DNA of 64,000 nucleotides from Macrostomum hystrix. Lineage: Eukaryota; Animalia; Platyhelminthes. The DNA is taken from the NCBI GenBank assembly GCA_950097015.1, contig CATNEN010000030.1, positions 620,001 to 684,000 on the forward strand, read 5' to 3'. The notes under the pieces were generated by a model that was given only the letters and a program-made list of their open reading frames with translations, was not told the DNA's origin and did not search any database. A program made the translations under genes and the position numbers. Shown here piece by piece: positions 1 through 12,964 of this stretch (positions within the stretch are counted from its first letter, which is position 1; every line of letters starts with the position of its first letter).

Positions 1-2990
1 TCATCTCCCGACTGTCTCATCTCCCAACTCATCTCCCGACTGTCTTATCTCCCAACTCATCACCCGACTGTCTCATCTCCCAACTCATCTCCCGACTGTC
101 TCATCTCCCGACTGTCTCATCTCCCGACTGTCTCATCTCCCGACTGTCTCATCTCTCGACTGTCTCATCTCCCAACTGTCTCATCTCCCAACTGTCTCAT
201 CTCCCAACTGTCTCATCTCCCGACTGTCTCATCTCCCAACTCATCTCCCGACTGTCTTATCTCCCAACTCATCACCCGACTGTCTCATCTCCCAACTCAT
301 CCCCCGACTGTCTCATCTCCCGACTGTCTCATCTCCCAACTGTCTCATCTCCCGACTGTCTCATCTCCCAACTGTCTCATCTCCCAACTGTCTCATCTCC
401 CAACTGTCTCATCTCCCAACTGTCTCATCTCCCAACTGTCTCATCTCCCAACTGTCTCATCTCCCGACTGTCTCATCTCCCAACTCATCTCCCGACTGTC
501 TTATCTCCCAACTCATCACCCGACTGTCTCATCTCCCAACTCATCCCCCGACTGTCTCATCTCCCGACTGTCTCATCTCCCAACTGTCTCATCTCCCAAC
601 TGTCTCATCTCCCGACTGTCTCATCTCCCGACTGTCTCATCTCCCAACTGTCTCATCTCCCAACTGTCTCATCTCCCAACTGTCTCATCTCCCAACTGTC
701 TCATCTCCCGACTGTCTCATCTCCCAACTGTCTCATCTCCCAACTGTCTCATCTCCCAACTGTCTCATCTCCCGACTGTCTCATCTCCCGACTGTCTCAT
801 CTCCCAACTGTCTCATCTCCCAACTGTCTCATCTCCCAACTGTCTCATCTCCCAACTGTCTCATCTCCCAACTGTCTCATCTCCCGACTGTCTCATCTCC
901 CGACTGTCTCATCTCCCAACTGTCTCATCTCCCGACTGTCTCATCTCCCGACTGTCTCATCTCCCAACTGTCTCATCTCCCGACTGTCTCATCTCCCGAC
1001 TGTCTCATCTCCCAACTGTCTCATCTCCCGACTGTCTCATCTCCCAACTGTCTCATCTCCCAACTGTCTCATCTCCCGACTGTCTCATCTCCCAACTGTC
1101 TCATCTCCCAACTGTCTCATCTCCCGACTGTCTCATCTCCCGACTGTCTCATCTCCCAACTGTCTCATCTCCCAACTGTCTCATCTCCCAACTGTCTCAT
1201 CTCCCAACTGTCTCATCTCCCAACTGTCTCATCTCCCAACTGTCTCATCTCCCGACTGTCTCATCTCCCAACTGTCTCATCTCCCGACTGTCTCATCTCC
1301 CAACTGTCTCATCTCCCGACTGTCTCATCTCTCAACTGTCTCATCTCCCGACTGTCTCATCTCCCGACTGTCTCATCTCCCAACTGTCTCATCTCCCGAC
1401 TGTCTCATCTCCCAACTGTCTCATCTCCCGACTGTCTCATCACCCGACTGTCTCATCTCCCGACTGTCTCATCTCCCGACTGTCTCATCTCCCGACTGTC
1501 TCATCTCCCAACTGTCTCATCTCTCGACTGTCTCATCTCCCAACTGTCTCATCTCCCGACTGTCTCATCTCCCGACTGTCTCATCTCCCAACTGTCTCAT
1601 CTCCCGACTGTCTCATCTCCCAACTGTCTCATCTCCCAACTGTCTCATCTCCCGACTGTCTCATCTCCCAACTGTCTCATCTCCCAACTGTCTCATCTCC
1701 CGACTGTCTCATCTCCCGACTGTCTCATCTCCCAACTGTCTCATCTCCCAACTGTCTCATCTCCCAACTGTCTCATCTCCCAACTGTCTCATCTCCCAAC
1801 TGTCTCATCTCCCAACTGTCTCATCTCCCGACTGTCTCATCTCCCAACTGTCTCATCTCCCGACTGTCTCATCTCCCAACTGTCTCATCTCCCGACTGTC
1901 TCATCTCTCAACTGTCTCATCTCCCGACTGTCTCATCTCTCAACTGTCTCATCTCCCAACTGTCTCATCTCCCAACTGTCTCATCTCTCAACTGTCTCAT
2001 CTCCCAACTGTCTCATCTCCCAACTGTCTCATCTCCCAACTGTCTCATCTCCCAACTGTCTCATCTCCCAACTGTCTCATCTCCCAACTGTCTCATCTCC
2101 CGACTGTCTCATCTCCCGACTGTCTCATCTCCCGACTGTCTCATCTCCCGACTGTCTCATCTCCCAACTGTCTCATCTCTCGACTGTCTCATCTCCCAAC
2201 TGTCTCATCTCCCAACTGTCTCATCTCCCAACTGTCTCATCTCCCGACTGTCTCATCTCCCGACTGTCTCATCTCCCAACTGTCTCATCTCCCGACTGTC
2301 TCATCACCCGACTGTCTCATCTCCCGACTGTCTCATCTCCCGACTGTCTCATCTCCCGACTGTCTCATCTCCCAACTGTCTCATCTCTCGACTGTCTCAT
2401 CTCCCAACTGTCTCATCTCCCAACTGTCTCATCTCCCAACTGTCTCATCTCCCAACTGTCTCATCTCCCGACTGTCTCATCTCCCGACTGTCTCATCTCC
2501 CAACTGTCTCATCTCCCGACTGTCTCATCTCCCGACTGTCTCATCTCCCGACTGTCTCATCTCCCGACTGTCTCATCTCCCGACTGTCTCATCTCCCGAC
2601 TGTCTCATCTCCCAACTGTCTCATCTCTCGACTGTCTCATCTCCCGACTGTCTCATCTCCCAACTGTCTCATCTCCCAACTGTCTCATCTCCCAACTGTC
2701 TCATCTCCCGACTGTCTCATCTCCCAACTGTCTCATCTCCCGACTGTCTCATCTCCCAACTGTCTCATCTCCCAACTGTCTCATCTCCCGACTGTCTCAT
2801 CTCCCGACTGTCTCATCTCCCGACTGTCTCATCTCCCGACTGTCTCATCTCCCGACTGTCTCATCTCCCAACTGTCTCATCTCTCGACTGTCTCATCTCC
2901 CGACTGTCTCATCTCCCAACTGTCTCATCCCCCAACTGTCTCATCTCTCAACTCATCTCCCCTCTCTCATCTCATCTCTCAACTGTCTCC
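1..2990. repeat. 17-bp tandem satellite (CTGTCTCATCTCCC[A/G]A), truncated by window start
   Basis: Directly visible head-to-tail units, mostly differing only by an A/G variant. Confidence 0.97.
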
Positions 2991-3579
2991 TCAGTCCCTG
3001 TCTCATGTCCGCCGTGTTGATTTTACGTGCTAAAAATCAAAGGTGTGTGTTTGTGACTGTAAAAAATACAGCCTCGTCGTCGTTTAAGCTAATAAATAAT
3101 CCTAATGGTATTGCCGACCCCAGTATTTTCTATGGTATTTGCTACTAACCTTGGCTTTTTCCATCTTTGTTCGAGATCTCACTTTTAGTTATTTTAAATC
3201 ATTTTTTGCTGCTTTCTAAAAACTCGTATTTTGTGTTTTGCCCACTTTTACTAAGTGGATTTAGACTTTTATTCCATATACAAACGTCGATCCTACTATA
3301 TACAAGGGATCGTTTTATATTAAAAAATTACCACTATTTACTCCGCGTCGCGGCAAATTCAGTGTTTCAACCCCGCCCAACCCCTAAAAACAGGCGCAGC
3401 GGTTCACACTGTTGCACCAGATGAAGATTCGCTACAGTATGGGACTTTTGGGCAATGTGGCCCTGCTGTGCCACTCGAGTGACGAGGATACCGAGTCTGT
3501 GCGAGTGAGTCTTCGCAACTTTTTTATTTCTAATTTCGCAGACTTGAATTGCATGTTGAGCCTCATAAACCAGAGGCCC

Positions 3580-3750
3580 AGCCGCCGCTATTGCGTGCCC
3601 TGTGTACAGCTGCTCAGTCTATGGACTGGTGGGCCACGAAACCCACTCAAATTTCTATCTCAGCTAATTCTTGTACACATTTTGTAGCTGGGCGAACTGA
3701 AGCAATTGGGAATTAAGCGTCAGTCTCAAGTACAAAGATTGTTTCCCTTG
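3580..3750 (-). mobile_element. Degenerate fragment of SINE family B (CORE-like)
   Basis: GCTATTGCG...CAGTCTATGGACTGG and GTAGCTGGGCGAACTGAAGCAAT match the copy at 10325-10600. Confidence 0.55.
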
Positions 3751-3753
3751 AGC

Positions 3754-4040
3754 GGGTGGGTGTGAGTGCCAGAGCGGTTAACGCGTACGCCTCTCGCACC
3801 AAGGTCCCTGAGCTCGAATCCGCGGCAAGGCCACATTCATTTGGGGCGCAGCCGCGCAGAGAAGGCTTGGGGGCTTGTCGTGCAATCTATGCCCTTGATG
3901 GCCAACCTCCAAGGCACAGTAAAAGTGTACACTGCCTGACGATGAGAAAGTCAGGACAGATGTACACACCTGTGTGAGTGTGTGCTCAGGAGAGTAAGTG
4001 GAATGGGCAGAATTTCCTCTCACTTTCTGCGGGTCTACAA
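3754..4040 (+). mobile_element. tRNA-derived SINE family A, near full length
   Basis: A-box-like GTGCCAGAGCGG and B-box-like GAGCTCGAATCC. Body and 3' stem-loop are shared with copies at ~15.7, 25.6, 42.2 and 48.7-49.0 kb. Confidence 0.8.
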
Positions 4041-4093
4041 TCACCGATTTATGGATAAGTGCCTACAACTAATCCAGACACAATTCATCAAAT

Positions 4094-4173
4094 AAATGTG
4101 GCCTCGCCACGGAATCGGGGTTAGTGACCTTGGGGCGAGAGGTAAATGCGTTAGACCGCTCTGCCACACCCCC
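4094..4173 (-). mobile_element. SINE family A tRNA-like head, inverted relative to the 3754 copy
   Basis: Reverse complement GGGGTGTGGCAGAGCGGTCTAACGCATTTACCTCTCGCCCCAAGGTCACT...CCGTGGCGAGGCCACATTT aligns with 3754-3835. Confidence 0.7.
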
Positions 4174-4177
4174 AAAA

Positions 4178-7100
4178 ATGCTCGAATGCTGCTATCGCCA
4201 CACCAAGGGCATGCTATCGGAGTCAGACCGCCTCGTGGTATACACTATCGCCAAGAGACCAATGTCCGGCTCTGACGGGACAGCAGGAATCGATCAGCGG
4301 TACTGCGTCGTTTTTCCAGATGGCTCCGGCGGCGGCGGCGGTCGACTCTATGGGCGTTTAAAGCGTCTAGTCAAGGAGCACAGACGAACGGCATTAGCCA
4401 GGTGGGTTCAGTCGTGGTTATTTAAATCGGGGTGCAGTGTCGTTAAGAAACGAGCCAACGGCGATACTAAATCGTCAATCACTTTTCTGTTTTGCAATGT
4501 TCCTGGCCTACTGGTATTATATTTAAATTGTTGGACTCTTAGGCTTTAAATTAGAGATCCACCAATTAGAGATCCACCAATTAGTGATCCACCAATTAGA
4601 GATCCACCAATTAGAGATCCACCAATTAGATATCGACCAATTTGATATCGACCAATTAGAGATCCACCAATAAAAGATCCACCAATTAGAGATCCACCAA
4701 TTAGAGATCCACCAATTAAAGATCCACCAATTAGAGATCCACCAATTAGAGATCCACCAATTAGTGATCCACCAATTAGAGATCCACCAATTAGAGATCC
4801 ACCAATTAGATATCGACCAATTTGATATCGACCAATTAGAGATCCACCAATTAAAGATCCACCAATTAGAGATCCACCAATTAAAGATCCACCAATTAGA
4901 GATCCACCAATTAGTGATCCACCAATTAAAGATCCACCAATTAGAGATCCACCAATTAGAGATCCACCAATTAAAGATCCACCAATTAGAGATCCACCAA
5001 TTAAAGATCCACCAATTAGAGATCCACCAATTAGTGATCCACCAATTAAAGGTCCATCTTCAGGTTTTCTATTGGGTATCCATTAGACATGGTTAAATCT
5101 TGTATAAAGTTTTTGCAAACCGCCATGTTTTGCATTAAGAATGCCACGCTTACAGTTGTCCTGTGCTAAACACTTTATTCGCCGATGTACGAGCTATTAT
5201 CTGATTTGGTTACTTCTTAAGTTCTTGAAAGATAATCGGACTAACATTTCTTTAAGATTAAAATAGTCTTTTTTACTGGTCCATAGGCGCCAGGCCGCCT
5301 ACCTGGACGAGCTGAGAGCCGCCACTTCGCAGAACCAGGGGCTGCGCGCCCGTCTAGCCGCAATGCGACGACGTCTGGACGATCCGGAGCTACTGTCAAC
5401 TGAGGTGCTGCTCACAACACTGCTGGCATACAGGTCTGTGGATACTTTGTGAAACTTCTGTGGAAACTTAAGCCCATAAGGACCAAACTGTACATACCCC
5501 TGTGTGAGTGTGTGCAAAACTGCTTACCAATTGCACCTGGCACTAATTAACTACCACGCTATCCAGGAAAGCTCAGGACTACTCAGCCATGGTGACACTC
5601 ATCGAGCAGGTTGGCGATCAGTACTATTATGCCTTTGCCCTCAATCGGCGCAATCAACCTGGAGATCGTCAGCAGGCGCTGCAGGTCGCCACGGCCGCAC
5701 TGGAAGCTGCTGGTGGCCCTGTACCCTCCCTGCAGGGCCTGCTGGGGCGAATTCACAAGGACCGGTTCACTGACTCAGACTGCCGTGACGACAGCGCTCT
5801 CAAGCAGTCGCTGCACTGGTGCGTACGGGAGTCTTGGCTACCTGACCCACTGTCTGTCAAACCTGCCCCACTGTCTGTCAAACCTGCCCCACTGTCTGTC
5901 AAACCTGCCCCACTGTCTGTCAAACCTGACCCACTCTGTCAAACCTGCCCCACTGTCTATCGAGCATGAGCCATGGTCTATTAAGCATGACCCACTGCCT
6001 GTAAGGCAAGACCCACTGCCTATAAGGCAAGACCCACTGCCTATAAGGCAAGACCCACTGTCTATTAAGCATGACCCACTGTCTCTTAAGCATGACCCAC
6101 TGTCTCTTAAGCATGACCCACTGTCTCATAGCATGACCCACTGTCTATTGATCATAACCCACTGTCTATTAAGCATGACCCACTGTCTATTAAGCATGAC
6201 CCACTGTCTCATAGCATGACCCACTGTCTATTGATCATAACCCACTGTCTATTAAGCATGACCCACTGTCTCTTAAGCATGACCCACTGTCTCTTAAGCA
6301 TGACCCACTGTCTCATAGCATGACCCACTGTCTATTGATCATAACCCACTGTCTATTAAGCATGACCCACTGTCTATCAAGCATGACCCACTGTCTATCA
6401 AGCATGACCCACTGTCTATCAAACCTGTCCCACAGACAGCAGTAGTCACTGCCTACCTTGAAATTCTCAGGTACCGCCAGGCTTTCCAAGCGCATCCCAA
6501 CGAATTCACTGGCGTCAACCTGGCCTCAATGCTGCTGGCGGCTGGCGAAGCTGAAGGCCAGGAATTCCAGCGCGTTGCCATGGTGATTAACGGAATGCTT
6601 GGCCGTCGTGGCTCCATTGAGACGCTCACCGACTACTGGCTGGTGGCGGCATTCTTTGAGATCAGCGTTTTGACGCAGAACTACGCGAAGGCCTGCCAGG
6701 CGGCGGCCTGCATGCACCGGCTCGAGCCGCCCTTGTGGCACCTGCGCCTCACAATGGACAAGGTGGCGCTGGTGCTGCGGTTCCGACCGCCGAAGCCAAC
6801 TCGCCTATTCAGCTTCTGGCTCGAGTACTTCCAGGCGATGGCGGCCGAGGCGCCGGATCGATCGGCGGATGCGGGTGCTGAGGTGGTGGAGGATGTCGCA
6901 TTAATTACGCCTCCGACACCTCCGCCATCGTCACCGGTGGATCCAGAGCTGGCCCCGGCCTCTGAGTTTCTGGCACTGCTAACAGAGTCTGAGGTGGGCG
7001 AGTGGCCTGTACGAGTTCTGGTAAGATACTTTTTGTGCTAGTTTTGTCTGACCTACCTAATAAGCCTGATTCTTGGGTAGTCATGCGGGTAATCACTAGT

Positions 7101-10100
7101 GTGTTAACAGTAGAACTACCAAGCTATTTTGCCACCCGTTTTTATACCAAGGGGGGATTTCCCAACAGCATTGGGTGGTGACTGATTGTTTGACAGGCAA
7201 TGGTGTACTGTGGTTGAGCTGCGCCTAATATTTAGGCTTGATCAGTGAAATTGGAGAAATTCGCGTCAGTGTGACCATAGTAGCCTAGTTCCACCTGTTG
7301 TAGCCCTTGAAGGTCCAGCAAGTCCGCCTTGATAAAGGTAGGTGACATCGGAAGACGGAGATAATTCAGGCACATTCGGGTGACAGGCTGATTAATTTTG
7401 AAGGCCTGGCAAGGCCGCACTGAGGTGCAGTGCAAATTTGTGTATAGGGCTGTATGAAATACACTAGCGCTTATAGGCAAAATCAGACCTTCGGCCAGAA
7501 CCACTGAATATCTCGGCGGTCTGAAGAGCTGGCGACTTGATTCTTGTTTCAGAAGATGCACAGCAAAAAGTTGGCCCGTGTTCTTGAGTTTCGTGTACAT
7601 GCGTTGCACTGTTCGGGTGCAGCACAAAAATTGTCAGGTGGGGAATTGGAGAGTTCTATTGTTAATTGGCGAACGTAAAATATAATATCTATTACCAACC
7701 TACCTTCCGTTTCCAGGTAGGCCATGGCTGGCTGTCAGTTCGCGGAGTCACCGACTCGACGGACGTGGAAGAAGAGCCGCCGCTGGCTGATGAGAGCCGG
7801 CGCGCACCGCCGCCTGCCAACTCCGGGGGCCACTTCCGCCTGTCCCTGTCCGAGGACCAGTTGCGCCGGGTGTGCCTAGCGGAGCGCCACCGTCGGGCCG
7901 CCTTCCTGTTCAGCCTGGGCGACGATCTGCGCCTTCTGTTTGCTGGCCGGCTGGCGCGGTCGGCCTTCTATGCCGCGGTGGCCGCTCGCCTGCCCAGCGT
8001 AGCTCGTGGCGCCGAGCCCAGCCTGCGGGCCGGGTTCGAGCCCCAGCTGGACTTTGAGTACGAATTGGCGCCCTCCGGCCAGAGGCGCGAACTCGGCCGC
8101 GGCTCGTTTGGCGTTGTGTACAGCGCGATCGAAAGGAAGCGACAGGTGTGTTGTCGTGGCACAGATGAGTTTCATTCGGAGCTTACAAAGTGACCTTGAG
8201 GTTAGATTAAGTCTAAGGTTAATTGATTTTCATTTAAAAGTTAAAGAATCACTGTAAAATTAAATTTTTTTCACTAAATAAGCGCAGCATATTAATCCGC
8301 CTACTGCAAGTAACATGCGCTTTTTACTATATTTTTATATTTGTACTTTTGCCCCAGTGATCGCTTTAGTTCGATGTTTCTATTTGCTCGTCCAAACGCC
8401 CGCCTTACAGATCAAGATCGCGGTGAAAGAGATCTCGGAGGACCGGGTGCCGCATGTGCAAGCTCTGCACGAGGAGATCCGACTGCAGAGCCGGCTGCAT
8501 CACAGGAACATTGTCGGCCTGCTGGGCTCACTGTCTGAGGCTGGCGTCGTCAAGATCTTCATGGAGCAGGTATGACTATGAGGAATAATAGAAGAAGATA
8601 AATGAGGAAGGTGCCTGCTAGCATTGACCCTCAATACTGAACTGATAAATAAGCTCACCTATAATCAGGTACCCGGTGGCTCCCTGGGAGCTCTGATCAA
8701 GCGAGTCGGACCGCTCCGTGAGGACACCACGGCGCACTATTCGCAACAGATACTCGAGGGCCTCCGTTACCTGCACGAGAACCGCATTGTGCACCGGGAT
8801 ATTAAGTCTGACAACATACTGGTCAACGCCTACAGCGGCGCCATCAAGATCACAGACTTCGGCACTAGCCGCCGCCTACGCGGGCTGGATAACGCCGTGG
8901 CCACCTTCGCTGGCACCTTTCGCTACATGAGCCCGGAGGCAGCCAACCTGGGTGCCGAGGGATACGGCTACCCGGCCGACGTTTGGTCATTTGGCTGCAC
9001 CGCCGTTGAGATGCTCAGCGGCCAGCCGCCGTTCAATGAGCTGGCAACGCCACAGGCGGCATTGTACGAGGTGAGCGCGGAAGGCATAATTTAGCACGCT
9101 TTTTCATTGCTTTGCTTTCAGTGATACAAGCTCACATTCTAGATACATGTACGTTAGTCTGGCACAGGCACATATTCTATAGTTGCATGAGTCCGTCATA
9201 AGCGCACATTCTATTCGTAGATACATGAGTCTATAAGACATTAGTCTACCATATTCTCTAAACCTGTGAATGATAGAATCACATGGAAATAAAGAGTTGG
9301 GTCAGGTCTACAGACATAGGCCCTTCTGCCGAAGCAATCGGGAATTACACGATGCAGTTTATTTCTCTTAGACTGAGATTTGAACTCCCGACCTCTTCAA
9401 TCTCTCGGTCAGAAGTCCGAAGCTCTAACGATGCCTTCCCTTTAGTCCGGATTCCTTAGTTCGTATGGTATATATAAAAACTCTGTCGAGAATTCATATT
9501 TAATTATTCTTAAAGCAAGTCCAGAAAACTATAGTCAAACCATCGGTTAAATTTAACTCAATCTGTACACTGAACTTGGGTGTGGTGAAAATGAAAATCG
9601 ATAGAAATGATCTTGTTTCAAATGAGAAGACAGTCGGGACGCAAAAACGCCATCGATCCATCGAGGTAGGGGGGATGGCTTGCCTTGGGGTGGCCTAAAG
9701 TATGTACATTGATGGAACTTATAAACCTCCGCTTGCTTGTACACAGTGTTTCTATTTTTAGCCTGTGGCCTTGTCCTAGCGTGTGACCGATTAACTATTT
9801 TATTTCAAAGTGACTGGTACCCTCAGTCTATACGAGTCTATTAGTTTAGGGGTTGGTTAATATTACACAAACTTGTGTCTCACATAGAAGGAAAAGGGTG
9901 GATAAGTTTTAACTTCTGATTCTGAAACAAAGTATTTTATAACTCTACAATCTACACATGTCTAGTATTAACTACTAACTGTTGTATTGTTGTGATATTA
10001 ACTCTTTATTTCAAGCTGGGTAAGTCTGTATTTTTCTATTCTTCATCGTTACTTAATTATAAATCAGTATCGGGAATCCCGAATCTGCCAACAACTCACT

Positions 10101-11969
10101 ACTGGAAATAAAGTTGCAGATTTTTTTTTACTATTTACTATTTCAATTTTTTAAATCTAATTTAAAAATATTACGTCAAAATGGAGTAAAAATGATAGGC
10201 AATTCAACGATGATTCAGCAAAAATCCTGCTTGAGTGTTCATTGTGCCTTGAAGGCGAGGCGTAAAACTTCAACCGTATTAGCGCATTTGCATGCATATA
10301 TTGCTAATAAGAAAAAGAGTCGTATTTTATTACACCTGCCCCTATTGGGACAGACGTGCAGCCGACAGCACAGCCGCAGCTATTGCGCGGCGCATCTGAA
10401 GGCTTGGTACAGCTTTTCAGTCCATGGACTGGGAGACGCCACACGCACCCTCAATTACCCCATCTAATGCTGGTACCTATTTAGCAGCTGGGTGAACTGA
10501 AGCAATGCAGAGTTAAGTGTCTTGCTAAAGGACACAAATTGTTCCAGTGGAGTCAGGAATCGAACCCCGACCTTCAAGACGGACGCACTGCTTGACCTTG
10601 ACAGGTGGAAATAGGCCACTATGGACACCCTGACGCGAATTTCTTTAATTTCACTGATATATTACTTATATTACTTATATTAAAGCATTTAATATATTAT
10701 AACCAAAACTCAGATTGGCATGCACCGGCGACATCCGGACATTCCGGCCGGCTGCAGCGACGCCTGCCGCGACTTCTGCCTCCGCTGCTTCAATCCAGAG
10801 CCAAGTCAGAGGGCTACCTGCGGCCAGCTGCTCGCTGATCGATTTCTAGCTGACGCGGCCGGTCAGCTGACTGCGCTGAATCACCAGACTGGCGAATATG
10901 GGTTAGGGGCTGTTCGCTCTTGCCATAGCCGCTACCTGCAGACTGTAGCTCACTTTAGTAATTTCCGCGTTCATTTCAGACAGCGGCGAAGGCGCCGCAT
11001 CTTGAAACTGTACAGCCGTGACTGCGAGCTTCGTCAGCGACTCTGTGACCTGCTCGATCGCGATAGGCAGCGCCTACTCGACTGCTGGTCGGAGCTGCTG
11101 GCCGGTGACTCTGCCGCAGTTGGGGCGGACCTGTCCTGCTTGTTTGACCGTCTGTGCGCCTACATGCTAGAGCGCAGTCCGGACCAGCTCAGAGACCTCC
11201 GGCCAGCTGCCTCAGCGCTGCATCGGCTCGGCCAGGCGGTGGCCCGGATGCTGGCCGGCAGTCAGCTGCCGCCGCACTGGATCCTAGCGTTCGACGCACT
11301 GCTAGATGAGCTGCGCGGTGAAAGCAAGGTTCGGATTGTAGCCAGCTATGCCTGTTTCCCGGGCTCCTGGTTAATAGTTTGGGATTCAGCATATTTTTGC
11401 TGGCCAACTTTTTTATCCCTAGTTCAATTGGCCGCCCTTAATAATAAAAATACTATGAGCACACAGACAAAGGTGTGTACATTTGCTCTTCCAAATGTAC
11501 ACACCTGGAACATTTTCAGTGTTCTTCCACGACGGCTGAGCGATCGCCTAAGACTCCGGTGTCGTTGACATTGTCCAACCAGTCATCAGTTCAGTCGTCG
11601 ACTTCTCTAAAGCCTCCGCCGCCACCACCTCCACCGCGACCACCTCCGCCGCCTCACGTTGTGTCGCCCTCCGCCGCTGCCGACCTGGCCGACTGGGCTG
11701 CCAATGCGGCCGGCCTGTCACCAGCGGAGCTGCTGACACTAGCCGACAATGACTGGGATCTTGACACGCTGATGAACTGCGACAAGCAGGACCTGCAACG
11801 AATGCGCCTCAGGTCCGGGATGACATGAATATAATCAAATATTATAATGTCGATAATAATTGAACCTCTCTCTAAAATAATTAATTGAAACATTTTCAGA
11901 TCTGGAGTTGTTAGCCGACTCTGGAGGGCGATTCAGCAGCGAAGATCCTCTGGATTGAGTAATTTATGA
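4178..11969 (+). CDS. MAP3K5: ASK1/MAP3K5(15)-family MAP kinase kinase kinase (central regulatory TPR region, PH, kinase, C-terminal SAM)
   Basis: Phase-consistent exons: ~4178(start uncertain)-4401, 5287-5433, 5567-5818, 6471-7020, 7717-8145, 8411-8569, 8669-9070, 10714-11328 (probably with an intron ~10890-10978), 11520-11812, 11900-11969. Motifs RRLDDPELL...[64 protein letters not shown] and SAM-like LWRAI match ASK1. Confidence 0.9.
4545..5049. repeat. 15-bp minisatellite (AATTAGAGATCCACC) in MAP3K intron
   Basis: Visible tandem units; it produces the spurious IHQLE ORF. Confidence 0.95.
5843..6432. repeat. 21-bp minisatellite (ACCCACTGTCTATTAAGCATG and variants) in MAP3K intron
   Basis: Visible tandem units between exon end 5818 and exon start 6471. 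Confidence 0.95.
10325..10600 (-). mobile_element. tRNA-derived SINE family B with CORE-like domain
   Basis: Reverse complement aligns along its length with 49352-49640. It contains a B box (GGTTCGATTCC) and TTGTGTCCTTTAGCAAGACACTTAACTCT, resembling the MIR/CORE motif. Confidence 0.8.
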
Positions 11970-12150
11970 ATAGACGACTAGAGATTGAGTAATATATGAT
12001 TATAAGACCATGGATTGAGTAATATATGATTATAAGACCATAGATTGAAGTAATCTATGATGATAAGACCATGGATGGAGTAATCTAGGATTGTAAGACC
12101 ATAGATTGAGTAATCATGATTATAAGAATATGGATTGAGTATGTATAATC
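11955..12150. repeat. Degenerate ~30-bp tandem repeat (GGATTGAGTAATATATGATTATAAGACCAT) overlapping the MAP3K stop
   Basis: About 6 visible units; the first contains the TGA at 11967-11969. Confidence 0.85.
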
Positions 12151-12964
12151 TAAAGATTATGAAAACTAGGCATTACAGATTCAAGTTGATCTGAAGACCG
12201 TGGATTAAGTAAGAGTTAAGCAGGATTGAGTAGTCGTTTTGGACTGGAGGTGCTTCAAATTAGATTTGAACTCTAATTCACAACGTATTTTAATTGCAAT
12301 TTTTCAGACTAACGCAAACCACTTATAATTGAATTAGCGAATGTACTTTTTTGTAACTATTCAGCTTCAGCTTTTTTGTTTTCGCAAATTTAACGCTGTA
12401 AACTGTCTTTAAAAAACCGATCACCCTGTAAAAATGGGTTGGTGTTTGCTGTTTACAAGTTTAAAATCACTTCGCTTAGTCTTTTAAATACTGTGTATAA
12501 CCTAATTAACTGTTAGTCTATCAACCATTTTATTCAAAGTTTATTAAAGGTTTTTTTCTACTACAATGCAAAGGTTTCTGCTTCAATTTTATACCTGACG
12601 ATCTATTGTTGTCTGTTTGTTCTTGAATTCCGCCAAAAAGCTGACTATATACCATAGTTTAATTGACTGTATTGAAAAAGGCTTTTTTACACAATGTCCT
12701 GTTTTTGAGGCACTCTGTTGTTTATTGTTTACACTCGCTTAGCTATGTATTTTTGAAGCACTGGTTCAGTTCAACGTACAGTAAGACGGAGGAAAATGAC
12801 TCAGAGCCCAGAAGTGCTTGGCGACTCTCGCATGGGACCCGCGCCGTGGCAATGAACAAAAGGAACCAGCGTTGAGGCGACTAAGGCAGCCATTCTTCTG
12901 TTAAAAGAAGACTCCTGTTTTTGGCTTTGTGTAACTTTTCCCGACTTGCCGAAACCCCGAGTTT

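Noticed and set aside
3754-3835. tRNA genes (also 4094-4173, ~9370-9430, 49352-49400, ~52085-52130)
   Set aside because: Only A/B boxes are present with no full cloverleaf, and they are followed by SINE bodies or truncated.
3925-3968. Hammerhead-like CTGACGA...GAAAGTC in SINE A
   Set aside because: Stems II and III are absent and the CUGA core is not conserved in other copies (CTTAC, TTGAC). It is just a hairpin.
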